DNA of 64,000 nucleotides, from the NCBI GenBank assembly GCA_937910285.1, contig CALEOC010000170.1:26000-89999 (forward strand), written 5' to 3'. The notes beneath the pieces are model-generated. The model was not told the origin of the DNA. It did no database searches and saw only the letters and a program-made list of their open reading frames with translations. Source of the stretch: an uncultured Myxococcales bacterium (GTDB lineage Bacteria > Myxococcota > Myxococcia > Myxococcales > UBA5297). Below, in pieces: positions 48,706 through 57,858 of this stretch (position 1 is the first letter of the stretch; each line of letters begins with the position of its first letter). The position numbers and the translations under genes are program-made.

Positions 48706-50814
48706 TCACCGGCCCTGCCCGCTCGCGAGCGCCGCCTCGGTGGCCCGCAACAGCGGCGCGGCGCTCACCGGCGCCCCCGTCGCATGCTTCATCCACAAGT
48801 CCGGGGGCACCGCGCCATAGCTCGTCATCCGCTCTATCTCCGGTCCGATGGCGGGGCTCTTGCGCAGATGCTCCTCGATCTGGAACGCCACGAGGTGGCC
48901 CATCGGATAGTCGGGCAGATAGAGCGGGTAGGCGATGAGGTGCGAGTAGATGCCGAGCAGCACCGAGTCCTTCGCTCCGAGCACGGGCGCGTAGTAGCGG
49001 TTCCAGACGTCCTTGCTTATCGCCAGGACCGCCTCGCGGAACCCCTCCGGGGTCGCCTGCGGATGGTCGTAGAGCCAGTGCCAGGCGGCGACATCGACCA
49101 GGCCGACCCCGGCGATCTCCCAGGTCATCCAGAAGGTGTTGAGCACGCGCAGCCGCTCGGCCTCCTCGTCCGGCCTGCTCAGGCCGAGCAGCTCGAGATC
49201 GCGCGACTGGAAGACGAAGGCGATGGCCTCGGTGAAGGCGTTGTTGGGCACGCCGGCGAGCAGGGTGCGGTCGACGTCATAGAGCGAGAAGACCTGCTCG
49301 ACGTTGTGGCCGAATTCGTGGATGGCGACGTTGTAGCCCTTGTAGTCCATCCCGTCCCGGGCGATGCGCGTGCGCAGGCGAGGCAGGTCGCCGCGGCGCC
49401 TCGCCTCCATCGCGTGGCCCGCCCCGCGCGCCGCGTCGACCGCGATGTGCTCGGAGAGAAAGCGCGCCTTCTCCTCGCTGAAGCCGAGCTCCTGGAGGAT
49501 GCGGGGCATGTCGGCGTGGAAGGCCTTGGCGTCCGGGTATCGCCCGCGCGTGATGGCGTTGAGCTCGTCTTCCGAGTAGCGCCCGCGCGCCTGGAAGCCG
49601 TTGAACCAGAGGTCGTGCGGCTCGAGCGGGCGGCCGAGCCGCTTCTCGATCTCGGCCGCCACCCCGCGCGCGACGGGCGAGGAGACGACCTCGGTGAGCA
49701 GGCCGACGACGCGCTCCTCGGGCATCTCCCGGCCAAGCTCGAAGGCCCGCGAGAGCGCGGTGGGGGTGACCGGCGTGTACGGGTCGACCCGCCGTGCCGC
49801 GAGAAACTGCTCGATCCACTTGCGGTAGCGCACATCGGGCTCGGGATCGGAGTCGGGGTTCACGGCGCGGGCGGGCGCGTCCTCCTCTATCTGCGTCTCG
49901 GGCGCGGCGCTGACCCGGTTCGCGTGGGGCTCCCAGTCGACGCGCGGGTTGTCGACGACGATGGCCGGGATGGTCTGGGTGACGATGCGCTCCATCACCT
50001 TGGCGATGAGCCGCTGCTTCTCGAGCCCCCGGGGATCGGCGTAGTTCGCCTTCAGCTCGTCGCGCAGGTTCCAGTGGCTGATGAGCCGCATGCCCTTCGG
50101 GAACAGCCGCTCGCCCTTCTCGTCGAGCAGGTGATGCATCCAGATGTTGTACTCGGAGACGTAGAGATCGGCCTCGGCCGACACGCGCGAGATCTGCTGC
50201 AAGACCTCGCCGGGAACGCGGCGGGAGAAACGGCTGGCGAGCCGCACGCGGGCCCACTCGTCGCGGCTGTAGAGGTCGCCGTGGTCGAGCCGCTCCTGCA
50301 AGGTGGTGAGCGGGAGGTTGAGCAGCACGACGAAGCCGATCATCGAAGCGAAGAAATCCTCGTTCAGGTGCGCCGCCGGGTCGAAGGCCGCGAGCAGCGG
50401 ATCGACCGGAAGCAGCGGCCCGATCTCGAGATCGGTCGGGGCGCGCAGCGCGCGGGAGATCTCGGTGTTGTGGCCCTCGAGCTGTTCGAGGACGGCCTCG
50501 AGCCGGGCGACCGTGAGCGCGAGCGTCGCCTCGTCGGCGATGAAGTGCTCCCGCGCGAAGGCCGAGAAATTGCCATCGGAGGGGCGCCATTGCGCGGCCA
50601 CCTGCCGCAGGCCCCGCCGGATGCGCTCCTGCTGCGAGGCGCCGTGCTTTGCGAGCAGCTCGACCTCGAGTGCCGAGACTTCTTGATGGAGGTCCATGGA
50701 GTCGCTCCTGGAGGGCTGACGGGAGTCGGGCGAAGCAGGCCGGTTTGCGCCCCCTGAGCTGCAGGCGAGGGCGAGGGCGGCGGCAAGAGCCAAGGGGATG
50801 TCGACAGGGCGCAT
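48706..50814 (-). CDS. gluzincin-type zinc metallopeptidase lipoprotein (HEFGH, M3-like spacing)
   Basis: 702 aa from MRPVDIPLALAAALALAC (lipobox). Motif AIHEFGHNVEQ with a Glu about 26 residues downstream (FTEAIAF). The rest of the 892-aa ORF runs through repeat elements and is not supported as coding. Confidence 0.7.
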   Translation of the reverse strand: MRPVDIPLALAAALALACSSGGANRPASPDSRQPSRSDSMDLHQEVSALEVELLAKHGASQQERIRRGLRQVAAQWRPSDGNFSAFAREHFIADEATLALTVARLEAVLEQLEGHNTEISRALRAPTDLEIGPLLPVDPLLAAFDPAAHLNEDFFASMIGFVVLLNLPLTTLQERLDHGDLYSRDEWARVRLASRFSRRVPGEVLQQISRVSAEADLYVSEYNIWMHHLLDEKGERLFPKGMRLISHWNLRDELKANYADPRGLEKQRLIAKVMERIVTQTIPAIVVDNPRVDWEPHANRVSAAPETQIEEDAPARAVNPDSDPEPDVRYRKWIEQFLAARRVDPYTPVTPTALSRAFELGREMPEERVVGLLTEVVSSPVARGVAAEIEKRLGRPLEPHDLWFNGFQARGRYSEDELNAITRGRYPDAKAFHADMPRILQELGFSEEKARFLSEHIAVDAARGAGHAMEARRRGDLPRLRTRIARDGMDYKGYNVAIHEFGHNVEQVFSLYDVDRTLLAGVPNNAFTEAIAFVFQSRDLELLGLSRPDEEAERLRVLNTFWMTWEIAGVGLVDVAAWHWLYDHPQATPEGFREAVLAISKDVWNRYYAPVLGAKDSVLLGIYSHLIAYPLYLPDYPMGHLVAFQIEEHLRKSPAIGPEIERMTSYGAVPPDLWMKHATGAPVSAAPLLRATEAALASGQGR

Positions 50815-50937
50815 GGCCAGCCTCTGTAGCGCCCCGGGGCCGGCCGCGGCAAGCGCCGGTGAGAGCAAATCGGCGCGCCCCCGGGCTCTGGACTTCCTGC
50901 GAGTCTCTTCGAGCGATTTGGGCCAGGCCGCCGCCCA

Positions 50938-51336
50938 CCGGTCATGCCGAGCGTAGAGGCGACCAGCGGGAGCCTCGGAGTCGAGGCACGCGCGGGTAAG
51001 GCCATCTCGGTGAGTTGCCGGAGATCCCAAATCGGCCGCGAAATCGAGGTTTGGCTGCAAACGCTTCGATCTCGCGTGGTTGCCAACTCCTGACCTGGAC
51101 CTTGCACGAGCTCTGGGGCTCTGGACGGCTCCGACCGGACACACACACAGCCTGGCGAAGCTTCGCCTTGAGAGGCGTCGAAAAATCACCCTCGCCTCGG
51201 CTCGCCACCCGCTCACCCTGAGCGTCGCTACCGACGCGTTGAGCGGCGGGAGCGGAGTCGAAGGAGCCCTCGGCTTCCGCGCGGCCCCCTCGACTCCGAG
51301 GCTCCCGCTGGTCGCCTCTACGCTCGGGGTGACCGG
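50938..51336. mobile_element. MITE-like unit bounded by 49-bp terminal inverted repeats (no transposase)
   Basis: 50938-50986 is the reverse complement of 51288-51336 with 2 mismatches out of 49. The 301-bp interior is AT-richer. It contains a (CA)5 run and a second left-arm copy of the REP family (51206-51275). Confidence 0.4.
51206..51336. repeat. REP/MITE-like element, copy E (complete)
   Basis: CCGCTCACCCTGAGCGTCGCTACCGACGCG...GGAGTCGAAGGAGCCCTCGGCTTCC...CCTCGACTCCGAGGCTCCCGCTGGTCGCCTCTACGCTCGGGGTGACCGG. The left arm matches copy A. Confidence 0.7.
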
Positions 51337-51412
51337 GGGCGGGCTCGGGGGTGGCCGGTTATCGCTCGAAGGATTCTTCGACACCTCTTCAGAAGGATTT
51401 CTCGACGGAGCC

Positions 51413-52747
51413 TCAGTCCGCCGGCGTCGCGGCCGCAGTGGCCTCCGCCCTGCTCAGCGCTTCTGCCCCCACCGCAAGGCCGTCCGCGAGCCGCTCGACG
51501 AGGTCCGGATCAAACAGGGCCCGCCGCGCCTCGCCCCGGCCCTGAAGCACGCGGTCGGAGGCCTCGATGTACCCGAGGTATCCCTGCGAGAGCCCGACGA
51601 CGACCGGCTCGGCGACGCCTGCCGGGGTGCCCATTCGGCCGAGAATCTGAGCTGCGGCGAAGCTCGTCGCCTCGCCTGGGACAAAGAGCCAGGAGAGCCC
51701 GCCCAAGCGCAGGACCGCGACCCGCGCGGTCCTCGGGAGCAGGGGGGCGAGGAGGTTCGACACCGGGCGACGGAGCGCGCTGGGCACTGACGAGGGGGCG
51801 AGCACTCGCGGCAGGTCGACTTGGAGCTCGGCGAAGCCCAGCGAGGGCTCGACGAGGGGCGGCCCTGAGACAGCGAGCGCGTCGCGAGCCGCCCGCGCGA
51901 GCGTGACCGCCACCTTCTCCGGCTGGCGTATCCGAGCGCTCACGTCGCCGACGGCGCCCTGAGTGAAGAGGGCGACCCCGCCCTCCTCCTCCAGCGCCGT
52001 CATGAGCCGGCTTGGGAAATCGCCGTCGAGACGCTCACCGTCGCGGGCGACCAGCGTCGCGTGCGCGGCAAAGGTGACGAGCCGGGCGACCGGCGCACCT
52101 CCGTCGAGGGCCTCCAGGCTCAGCACCCGCAGCCTGTCGTCGACGTCCGCGCCGGGTTCGGCGCGGTTGCGGGTCGACTCAGGAACGGCGACTGCTCCCG
52201 CGCGCGCCGACACCGCGCGCCTGAGGTCCGTGGCGAGCCGCAAGCACGTCTCGATCTTGGCGACAAGTCGAGAGGCGCGCTCCTCGTCGAAGGCACCGGT
52301 GGCGGCCACCGCGGGGAGGAGGCGCGGGTCGTAGCCGCCGAAGGAGCTGTGGACGTGCGTCGCAGCGAGGACCACTCCATCCAGCCCGAGGAGAGGAGCG
52401 CGCTCGCGCACGCGGTCCACCAGGCTCTCGGGCACTTCGAGCAGCTCGAGCGACACGAGCCCGACCCGAATCCGCCCGCTCTGGAAAACGACGGCTCGGG
52501 CAAAGAGAGGCGCCGCCAGGTCGCTCGCCTCGCGCCGAGGGGGCGGATAGCCGGCGACGACGACCGGCAGCTCCGGCGAGATGTCGACCTTCGCCGCTCC
52601 GGCGAGCAGGACGCCGCCCGCTCGCTCCGCCTTCAAGAGCCGTGGGGTGCTCGCCTGCGGGGTGGCCTGCCAGTCGACCCCGAGGGCCAGCAGAGGGCAC
52701 AAGAGCGCAACGGCGAGGAGCGCTGATCGAGTGCGTTTGCGGGGCAT
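51413..52747 (-). CDS. neutral/alkaline ceramidase-like hydrolase (N-terminal domain family)
   Basis: 444 aa with a signal peptide. GAAKVDISPELPVVVAGYPPPRR...PLFARAVVF...VGLVSLELL...VVLAATHVHSSFGGY follows the ceramidase N-terminal domain pattern. Confidence 0.7.
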   Translation of the reverse strand: MPRKRTRSALLAVALLCPLLALGVDWQATPQASTPRLLKAERAGGVLLAGAAKVDISPELPVVVAGYPPPRREASDLAAPLFARAVVFQSGRIRVGLVSLELLEVPESLVDRVRERAPLLGLDGVVLAATHVHSSFGGYDPRLLPAVAATGAFDEERASRLVAKIETCLRLATDLRRAVSARAGAVAVPESTRNRAEPGADVDDRLRVLSLEALDGGAPVARLVTFAAHATLVARDGERLDGDFPSRLMTALEEEGGVALFTQGAVGDVSARIRQPEKVAVTLARAARDALAVSGPPLVEPSLGFAELQVDLPRVLAPSSVPSALRRPVSNLLAPLLPRTARVAVLRLGGLSWLFVPGEATSFAAAQILGRMGTPAGVAEPVVVGLSQGYLGYIEASDRVLQGRGEARRALFDPDLVERLADGLAVGAEALSRAEATAAATPAD

Positions 52748-53065
52748 CGGCGGCCGGGTTGCGCGAGGGTCGAGCGGGCTTGCCCGGACGCTTTCCTCGC
52801 GGGAGAGGGTGAGTGGCCTCTATAATCCTCACGACGAGTCTTCAACAATAGCCACACCGGACGGACCGACGAGCACCGGCGAGCCTCGCCTTGCGCGTCG
52901 ACACGAGCAAGAAACGGCGTGTGGCTCTGAAAACGGCGCTGCTCGCCCAAGGTCGCGCATGCAGGTGGCTTCGTGGCGGGCGACCAGATTGACAGAGGGC
53001 CTTGACGAGCCGTCCGGCCTAGACCTGACCGACCGGCGCTTCGCGCACGTTGGGAGCTTCGCAGC

Positions 53066-53869
53066 ATGACCGCACGAATCGGCGAAATCCTGGTACGGGC
53101 CAAACTGATCGATCAGCTTCAGCTCCGCTCGGCGCTGGCCGACCAGCAGCAGTGGGGCGGGCGCCTTGCGAAGATTGTCGTCGAGAAGCGCTTTGCCAAA
53201 GAGTCGGCGGTCATCGACGTGCTGTCCAAGGCGCTCGGTGTGCCGAGAGTCGAGCTGGACAAGGTCGAGAAGGATTCGGGCGCGCTGCTCAAGGTGGATC
53301 CCAACTACGCGAAGGAGAAGGCGGTCTTCCCCTGCGCGCTCAAGGACAACGGCAAGACGCTCTGGGTGGCCATGGCCGACCCGAGCGACATCCCTACCCT
53401 CGACGACTTGGTCATGAAGACCGGCGCGCGCGTCAGGCCTGTCATCGCGGGCGAGACCGAGATCATCACAGCGATCGAGCGCCACTACTTCGGCCGCGAT
53501 CCCAGCATGACCCCGCAAGCTTTCGGGTCGATCGACGCCCTCGGCGCGGGCGACGAAGAGGGCAAGCTCGTCGACATGGCGGGCAATACGATCATCAAGA
53601 GCATCAAGGACCTCACGACCTCCGCGCCACTACCGGCCGCGCGGCCGCCGCCTTCGCCGGCGGCGGCTGTGTCGACGGCCAACAGCATTCTCGATGGGCT
53701 CCTCGGAGGAGGAGGCGCGCCGTCACTGACCCCGGCGGACAAAGAAAGAGTCCGCGTCATCCAGGACCAGCAGGAGAAGGGCGCCCGCATTCTGCGCGCG
53801 GTGCTCGAGCTGTGCCTCGAGAAGGGCTACTTCCGGGTCGAGGAATACCGCGCGAAGCTCCTAGGCTGA
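53066..53869 (+). CDS. stand-alone GspE/MshE N-terminal (T2SSE_N/MshEN) domain protein
   Basis: 267 aa. IGEILVRAKLIDQLQLRSALADQQQWGGRLAKIVVEKRFAKESAVIDVLSKALGVPRVEL...DPSDIPTLDDL is the typical T2SSE_N pattern. No ATPase domain follows. Confidence 0.8.
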   Translation: MTARIGEILVRAKLIDQLQLRSALADQQQWGGRLAKIVVEKRFAKESAVIDVLSKALGVPRVELDKVEKDSGALLKVDPNYAKEKAVFPCALKDNGKTLWVAMADPSDIPTLDDLVMKTGARVRPVIAGETEIITAIERHYFGRDPSMTPQAFGSIDALGAGDEEGKLVDMAGNTIIKSIKDLTTSAPLPAARPPPSPAAAVSTANSILDGLLGGGGAPSLTPADKERVRVIQDQQEKGARILRAVLELCLEKGYFRVEEYRAKLLG

Positions 53870-53924
53870 GGAGCGGCAAAAAAGTCCGCCCCGCTGCCGC
53901 CCCGTCTCTGGGAAGGTCGGGATC

Positions 53925-54043
53925 TCTGGAAGCCTCCGAGCGATAGTCGGTCAGCCCGAGCCCAGGCCGAGCCTGCGAGGCCGAAGTCGAGCCCCTCGAC
54001 GGCGCCTCCCTCGTTCCCCAGGAGGCTGTCGCTCCTGACCAAC
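53925..54043. repeat. REP/MITE-like element, degenerate copy F
   Basis: GGAAGCCTCCGAGCGATAGTCGGTCAGCCCGAG...GAAGTCGAGCCCCTCGACGG...CCTCCCTCGTTCCCCAGGAGGCTGTCGCTCCTGACC. Same architecture as copies C, D and E. Confidence 0.5.
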
Positions 54044-54396
54044 GGCGCTGCCAGTTCCAGGTCACCGCCGGTCACCGGACCGGCAACGAGCTCGGGGGGA
54101 GATTCGCGACGACTCTTGGATCCGGTAGCCCGAGACGCCGGGCCGCCAGCACGAAGGCTGGCGCTCCGGCCCTCCTGGTGCCGGGCCGAGGTCAGGGAGG
54201 TTTCGCGACACCTCTCGAGCCCTCGTCGTCGCGCCCGCCTTGGCCCCGGTAGCCAGCCGAATCGGTGCGCCCCAGCGCGGGGTTCGCGGCGGCAACCGGG
54301 CGTTGGAGAGGTGCTCGCGGCGGGGGCCAGCCTTCGAGCGGACCCGCGCTGACCGCGAGCCACCTTCAACGAGGCCATCCCGCGCGCGGCAGTTGG

Positions 54397-54987
54397 CTAG
54401 ACGTCGAGCTCGTCGCCTCTGACCGGCTGCAGCGAGGCCACCCCACGCTCGATGAGCGAAAAGGGCACGTGAGCAAACCGGCTCCATTCGGGCCCGAGCG
54501 CGCGTCTCAGATCCCAGACAAGAGTCCCCTGCGCCTTGATCTGGCTCAGCACCCAGTGCTCGGGGCCACTGAGCACGATGTCTTTCGGCGGGAGCGGATA
54601 GAGGCGCGCCGTGTAGGCGATGGCTGTCGGGTGCTGCTTCAGCCGGATGGCAAGCGCCGGATTGCTGATGACGAAGGTCTCGTAGAGGTTGAGCGCGGCT
54701 TCAAAGGCCTCGGGTTTGCCGACGTTGAAGGCGATGCCGACCGAAACCCCGTCCTCGTGAACCACCCTGCCCTTGAGCTTCAGGGGGGCTCCACCTTCGG
54801 GCCGAAGCAAAAGATCGAGGTCGGTTCCCGCCTCGGGCAACGAGGCGCCTTCGAAGCGCATGCCACCCGGCGACAGATCGACCGCGTGGCCAACATAGCT
54901 GTAGGAGAGGTCTTCGAGCTCGACCGCAAAGCGCACGGGGATGCGCGCGTTCGCACGCCGGTCGCGAATCTTCTCTTCGAGGGCCAT
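54397..54987 (-). CDS. PilZ domain protein (putative c-di-GMP receptor)
   Basis: 196 aa. RxxxR motif (RRANARIPV) and D/NxSxxG motif (DLSPGGMRF) at PilZ spacing. Starts 39 nt downstream of the kinase gene on the same strand. Confidence 0.8.
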   Translation of the reverse strand: MALEEKIRDRRANARIPVRFAVELEDLSYSYVGHAVDLSPGGMRFEGASLPEAGTDLDLLLRPEGGAPLKLKGRVVHEDGVSVGIAFNVGKPEAFEAALNLYETFVISNPALAIRLKQHPTAIAYTARLYPLPPKDIVLSGPEHWVLSQIKAQGTLVWDLRRALGPEWSRFAHVPFSLIERGVASLQPVRGDELDV

Positions 54988-55026
54988 CTGCTCACCCCGC
55001 TCCGTCTGGTGGGATTCCCGGGTGGT

Positions 55027-56490
55027 CTATTCCGAAGCCTTCGACTCGGCGCCGCTCGCGACCCGGGTCTCCGAGGAGAGAATCAGGTCGCCACGCTTGA
55101 GGTAACTGCCGTCGCCGAAGGCGGAGTAGAAGTCGTCGAGGACCGCCTCGAAGTCGGGGTATCGGGCCTCCCGGCGGTCCTGGGTCATCTTGTCAAAGAG
55201 ACCGTCGAGCGCCTCGGGGGCCTTGTCGTTGACCGCCGAGGGCAGAGGTGAGCGGCGCCCGGGGAGCTGGCCGGTGAGCATCTCGTAGAAGAGGATCCCC
55301 ACCGCATAGACGTCGGAGGACGGCCCCAAGTCCTTGGTCGAGCGGGCGAGCTGCTCGGGGCTCATGTAGCCCATCCCGCCGGTGCCGACGAAGACCTGCG
55401 GCATCCCCTTGGCGGTGTCCACCTCGATGACCCGCGAGAGCCCGAAGTCGGCGAGCTTCGCGTTGCCCATGGCGTCGAACAGGATGTTCTCAGGCTTGAT
55501 GTTGCCGTGTGCCAAGCTGTGCGCGTGGGCGGCCCGCAAGCCGTAGGCGACCTGCAAGAAGATGCGGATCGCCTCTTCGGTAGGCAGCCCCTTGCCGCCG
55601 GAGGCCGCCAGTCGGTCGGCCAGGCTGCCACCGGGGCACAGCTCGACCACGAAGAAGGGACGCGCGACATCGCAGTTCTGGTCGAGGACCGGCACGAGCG
55701 ACGGGTGGCGCACCAGCGCCTGGGCGCAGATCTCGCGTTTCAGGCGCTTGATCACCTCGCCTCGCTGCAAGAACGAGAAGTAGCCGAAGATGTCTTTCAG
55801 CTCCTTGATCGCCACGTCGAGGCCGAGCGCGGTGTGACGGCCCCGGTAGACGGTACCGAGGGGGCCCTGGCCGATAGCGTCGTATTTGACGTAGCGCAGG
55901 TCGATCTCCTGGCCCTTGGGCTCGGGCCGCGCCTCGTTCTTGAGCGCGGGCAGCGGCGAAGCCGCCGGGAAGGAAGGCGCCCCCTCGACCTCCCGGCCGA
56001 GCCGAGACCGCGGCGCCGAGCCGCTCGGACGAGGCTCGGAGGCTTGGGCCGCCGAAGCCGGGGCAACCTTGGTCGGCTCCTCGTGCACGGGGTCGGGAGG
56101 CGGCAAGGGCAACGCGGGCGGCGGGGTGTGCTCCTCGGCAATCATCGAGGAGTCGGCGAGGATTTCGGCCACCGGAGCGTCGATCTCGGCGAGGCGGCTC
56201 GCGAAGTACTCCTGGACCGCGTCGATGAAGCGCTCGCGCCTGTCGCCATCGACGATGCGCTCGCCGTCGGGAGTAAGCTGCAGGCAAGCTTCGCGATCCA
56301 TCCCGATGAAGTGGTACTTGCGCAGAAAGAAGAAGTAGGTGTCGAACTCGAGCGACACCACCGGCTCGAAGGCGCTCTTGACGTCGGCGAGCTTGTTCGA
56401 GCGCCCCGAGCGCGCATTGTCGCGAAGGGTCGACAGAATGGTGAGGGCCTCACCGGCAATCTTCTCGCGGGTCATCGCTGCTCCGGCCAT
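55027..56490 (-). CDS. Ser/Thr protein kinase with uncharacterised N-terminal domain
   Basis: 487 aa. The kinase domain is in the C-terminal half (GQGPLGTVYRG, VAIKEL, HGNIKPENILF, DFGLSRV, YMSPEQ). The N-terminal domain of about 130 aa is unassigned. GGAGG upstream. Confidence 0.88.
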   Translation of the reverse strand: MAGAAMTREKIAGEALTILSTLRDNARSGRSNKLADVKSAFEPVVSLEFDTYFFFLRKYHFIGMDREACLQLTPDGERIVDGDRRERFIDAVQEYFASRLAEIDAPVAEILADSSMIAEEHTPPPALPLPPPDPVHEEPTKVAPASAAQASEPRPSGSAPRSRLGREVEGAPSFPAASPLPALKNEARPEPKGQEIDLRYVKYDAIGQGPLGTVYRGRHTALGLDVAIKELKDIFGYFSFLQRGEVIKRLKREICAQALVRHPSLVPVLDQNCDVARPFFVVELCPGGSLADRLAASGGKGLPTEEAIRIFLQVAYGLRAAHAHSLAHGNIKPENILFDAMGNAKLADFGLSRVIEVDTAKGMPQVFVGTGGMGYMSPEQLARSTKDLGPSSDVYAVGILFYEMLTGQLPGRRSPLPSAVNDKAPEALDGLFDKMTQDRREARYPDFEAVLDDFYSAFGDGSYLKRGDLILSSETRVASGAESKASE

Positions 56491-56635
56491 CTCCCCTCCA
56501 CTGTGGAACTCGTCGGTCGCACCGCCACGCCTCCGAGGCGTGGCCGGGCGAAAGGCGCAGATTCTAACAAAGCGTCCATGGGCGGCAAGAAGGCCTTGCG
56601 GACAATCAGCCGGCGCCCGCGGGCGGGTTTCGCCG

Positions 56636-57643
56636 CTACCAGCGCGAGTGGTGGTCTTCGGTCACCCCGGGCAGGCCCTTCACCTCGACGCGCTCGCCGT
56701 CAGGCCCGAGCACCGTGCCCGTAAAGGTGCCAATCGGCTGCACATATCGGCTCGCGAAGAGCCGGTAGTCGAAGCTCTCGCGCCGCACGCCCTCCGGGTC
56801 AAATCGCAAGTCGACGCGGCCATCCTCGGTGCTCAGCCTCCAGGCCGACAGGGGCGCCTGCGGCGAGTGCTCGAACCGGGCCCGACCGAGCGGCGCGAGC
56901 CGCCCGGCTATCCACAAAGCGTTCTCGGTGACCGGACCGCTGTTGTGCCCTTCGACCAGGTTGATGCCGAACAGCCTGCCGTCGTCGAGCCGACCGCAGC
57001 CGCTCGCCCACCGCCAGCGGGTCTGGCGCAGGAGGTAACCGTGGGAGTAGTCGAGGCTCGCAAAGCCATCTTGCAGCCGGTAGGTGCTCGGCCCGACCCT
57101 GATTTCGCCGGCAGCGGGGACACACGAGGACTTCTGGGTCATCGTCACCCGGTCGCCAGCGACCGGGCAGATCGCCGTGAGGGGTTCGGGCGCGCCCTCG
57201 GGCCTCAGGACAAGCTCGGCGAGCACGTGGCCGGGCAGCGACACGACCAGGCGCCCGCCGAGGCGCGAGGCCTCGAGAAGAAAGCGAGTGCGCACGCCCC
57301 TGAGCGTTGCGCGGGTCTCGGCCGCGTTGTCGTCGAGGCCGACGACGGCCAGCTTGATCGTCCGGTCGACGAGCATGCGGCGCTCACGGCGGTCGAAAAC
57401 ATAGAAGAAGCCGCCGGCCGCGTAGCCGAGGTCGACCACCGACGCGGCGAGCACCAGCGACGGCGAGCCGACACAGGCATAGAACCACCTCTTCTCCGAA
57501 GCGAGCCGCGCGAGCCCGCTGCGGTGAAAGCGGCCGGCCAGGGGCCGAAGCGAGGTGTCGTAGACCCGGCCCGCGAAGGCGCCGAAGTGCGGTGCTCCTC
57601 GTTCGTCGACAAGCCTTCGCGGGGCCTCGGGCAGCGATTCCAT
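56636..57643 (-). CDS. DUF2804-like protein
   Basis: 335 aa with GGAGGAG SD upstream. Pattern EKRWFYACVGSPSLVLAASVVDLGYAAGGFFYVFD... with a terminal EDHHSRW, as in the DUF2804 family. Assigned from memory of the family pattern. Confidence 0.6.
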   Translation of the reverse strand: MESLPEAPRRLVDERGAPHFGAFAGRVYDTSLRPLAGRFHRSGLARLASEKRWFYACVGSPSLVLAASVVDLGYAAGGFFYVFDRRERRMLVDRTIKLAVVGLDDNAAETRATLRGVRTRFLLEASRLGGRLVVSLPGHVLAELVLRPEGAPEPLTAICPVAGDRVTMTQKSSCVPAAGEIRVGPSTYRLQDGFASLDYSHGYLLRQTRWRWASGCGRLDDGRLFGINLVEGHNSGPVTENALWIAGRLAPLGRARFEHSPQAPLSAWRLSTEDGRVDLRFDPEGVRRESFDYRLFASRYVQPIGTFTGTVLGPDGERVEVKGLPGVTEDHHSRW

Positions 57644-57858
57644 CGTCTCCTCCGCAGCACCCGGACCAAGCGGCGTCCTTACGACTCGCTTCGCGCCGTC
57701 AGGCCAGGTTGGAAATAGTCCGCTCGGATCTGCAAGCCGCTCAAACCGCGCTCGTCCGGTCCGCTCTCCACAGCCTGCAGCCCCGACTGCCTCGTTGGCT
57801 TGCGGCGCGGCCCAACTCTGTCAAGGGGAATCGGGAGAGCGCAGGGTGAGGCGGGCCT

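Noticed and set aside
48238-50757. 839-aa plus-strand ORF
   Set aside because: Antisense to the HEFGH metallopeptidase gene, and it extends into non-coding repeat DNA. No motifs. The 573-aa ORF 59985-61706 (-), opposite the TadG-like gene, is rejected for the same reason.
50815-51384. N-terminal extension of the 892-aa metallopeptidase ORF
   Set aside because: The extension consists of translated REP/MITE-like repeats. The internal Met at 50814 gives a canonical lipoprotein signal peptide.
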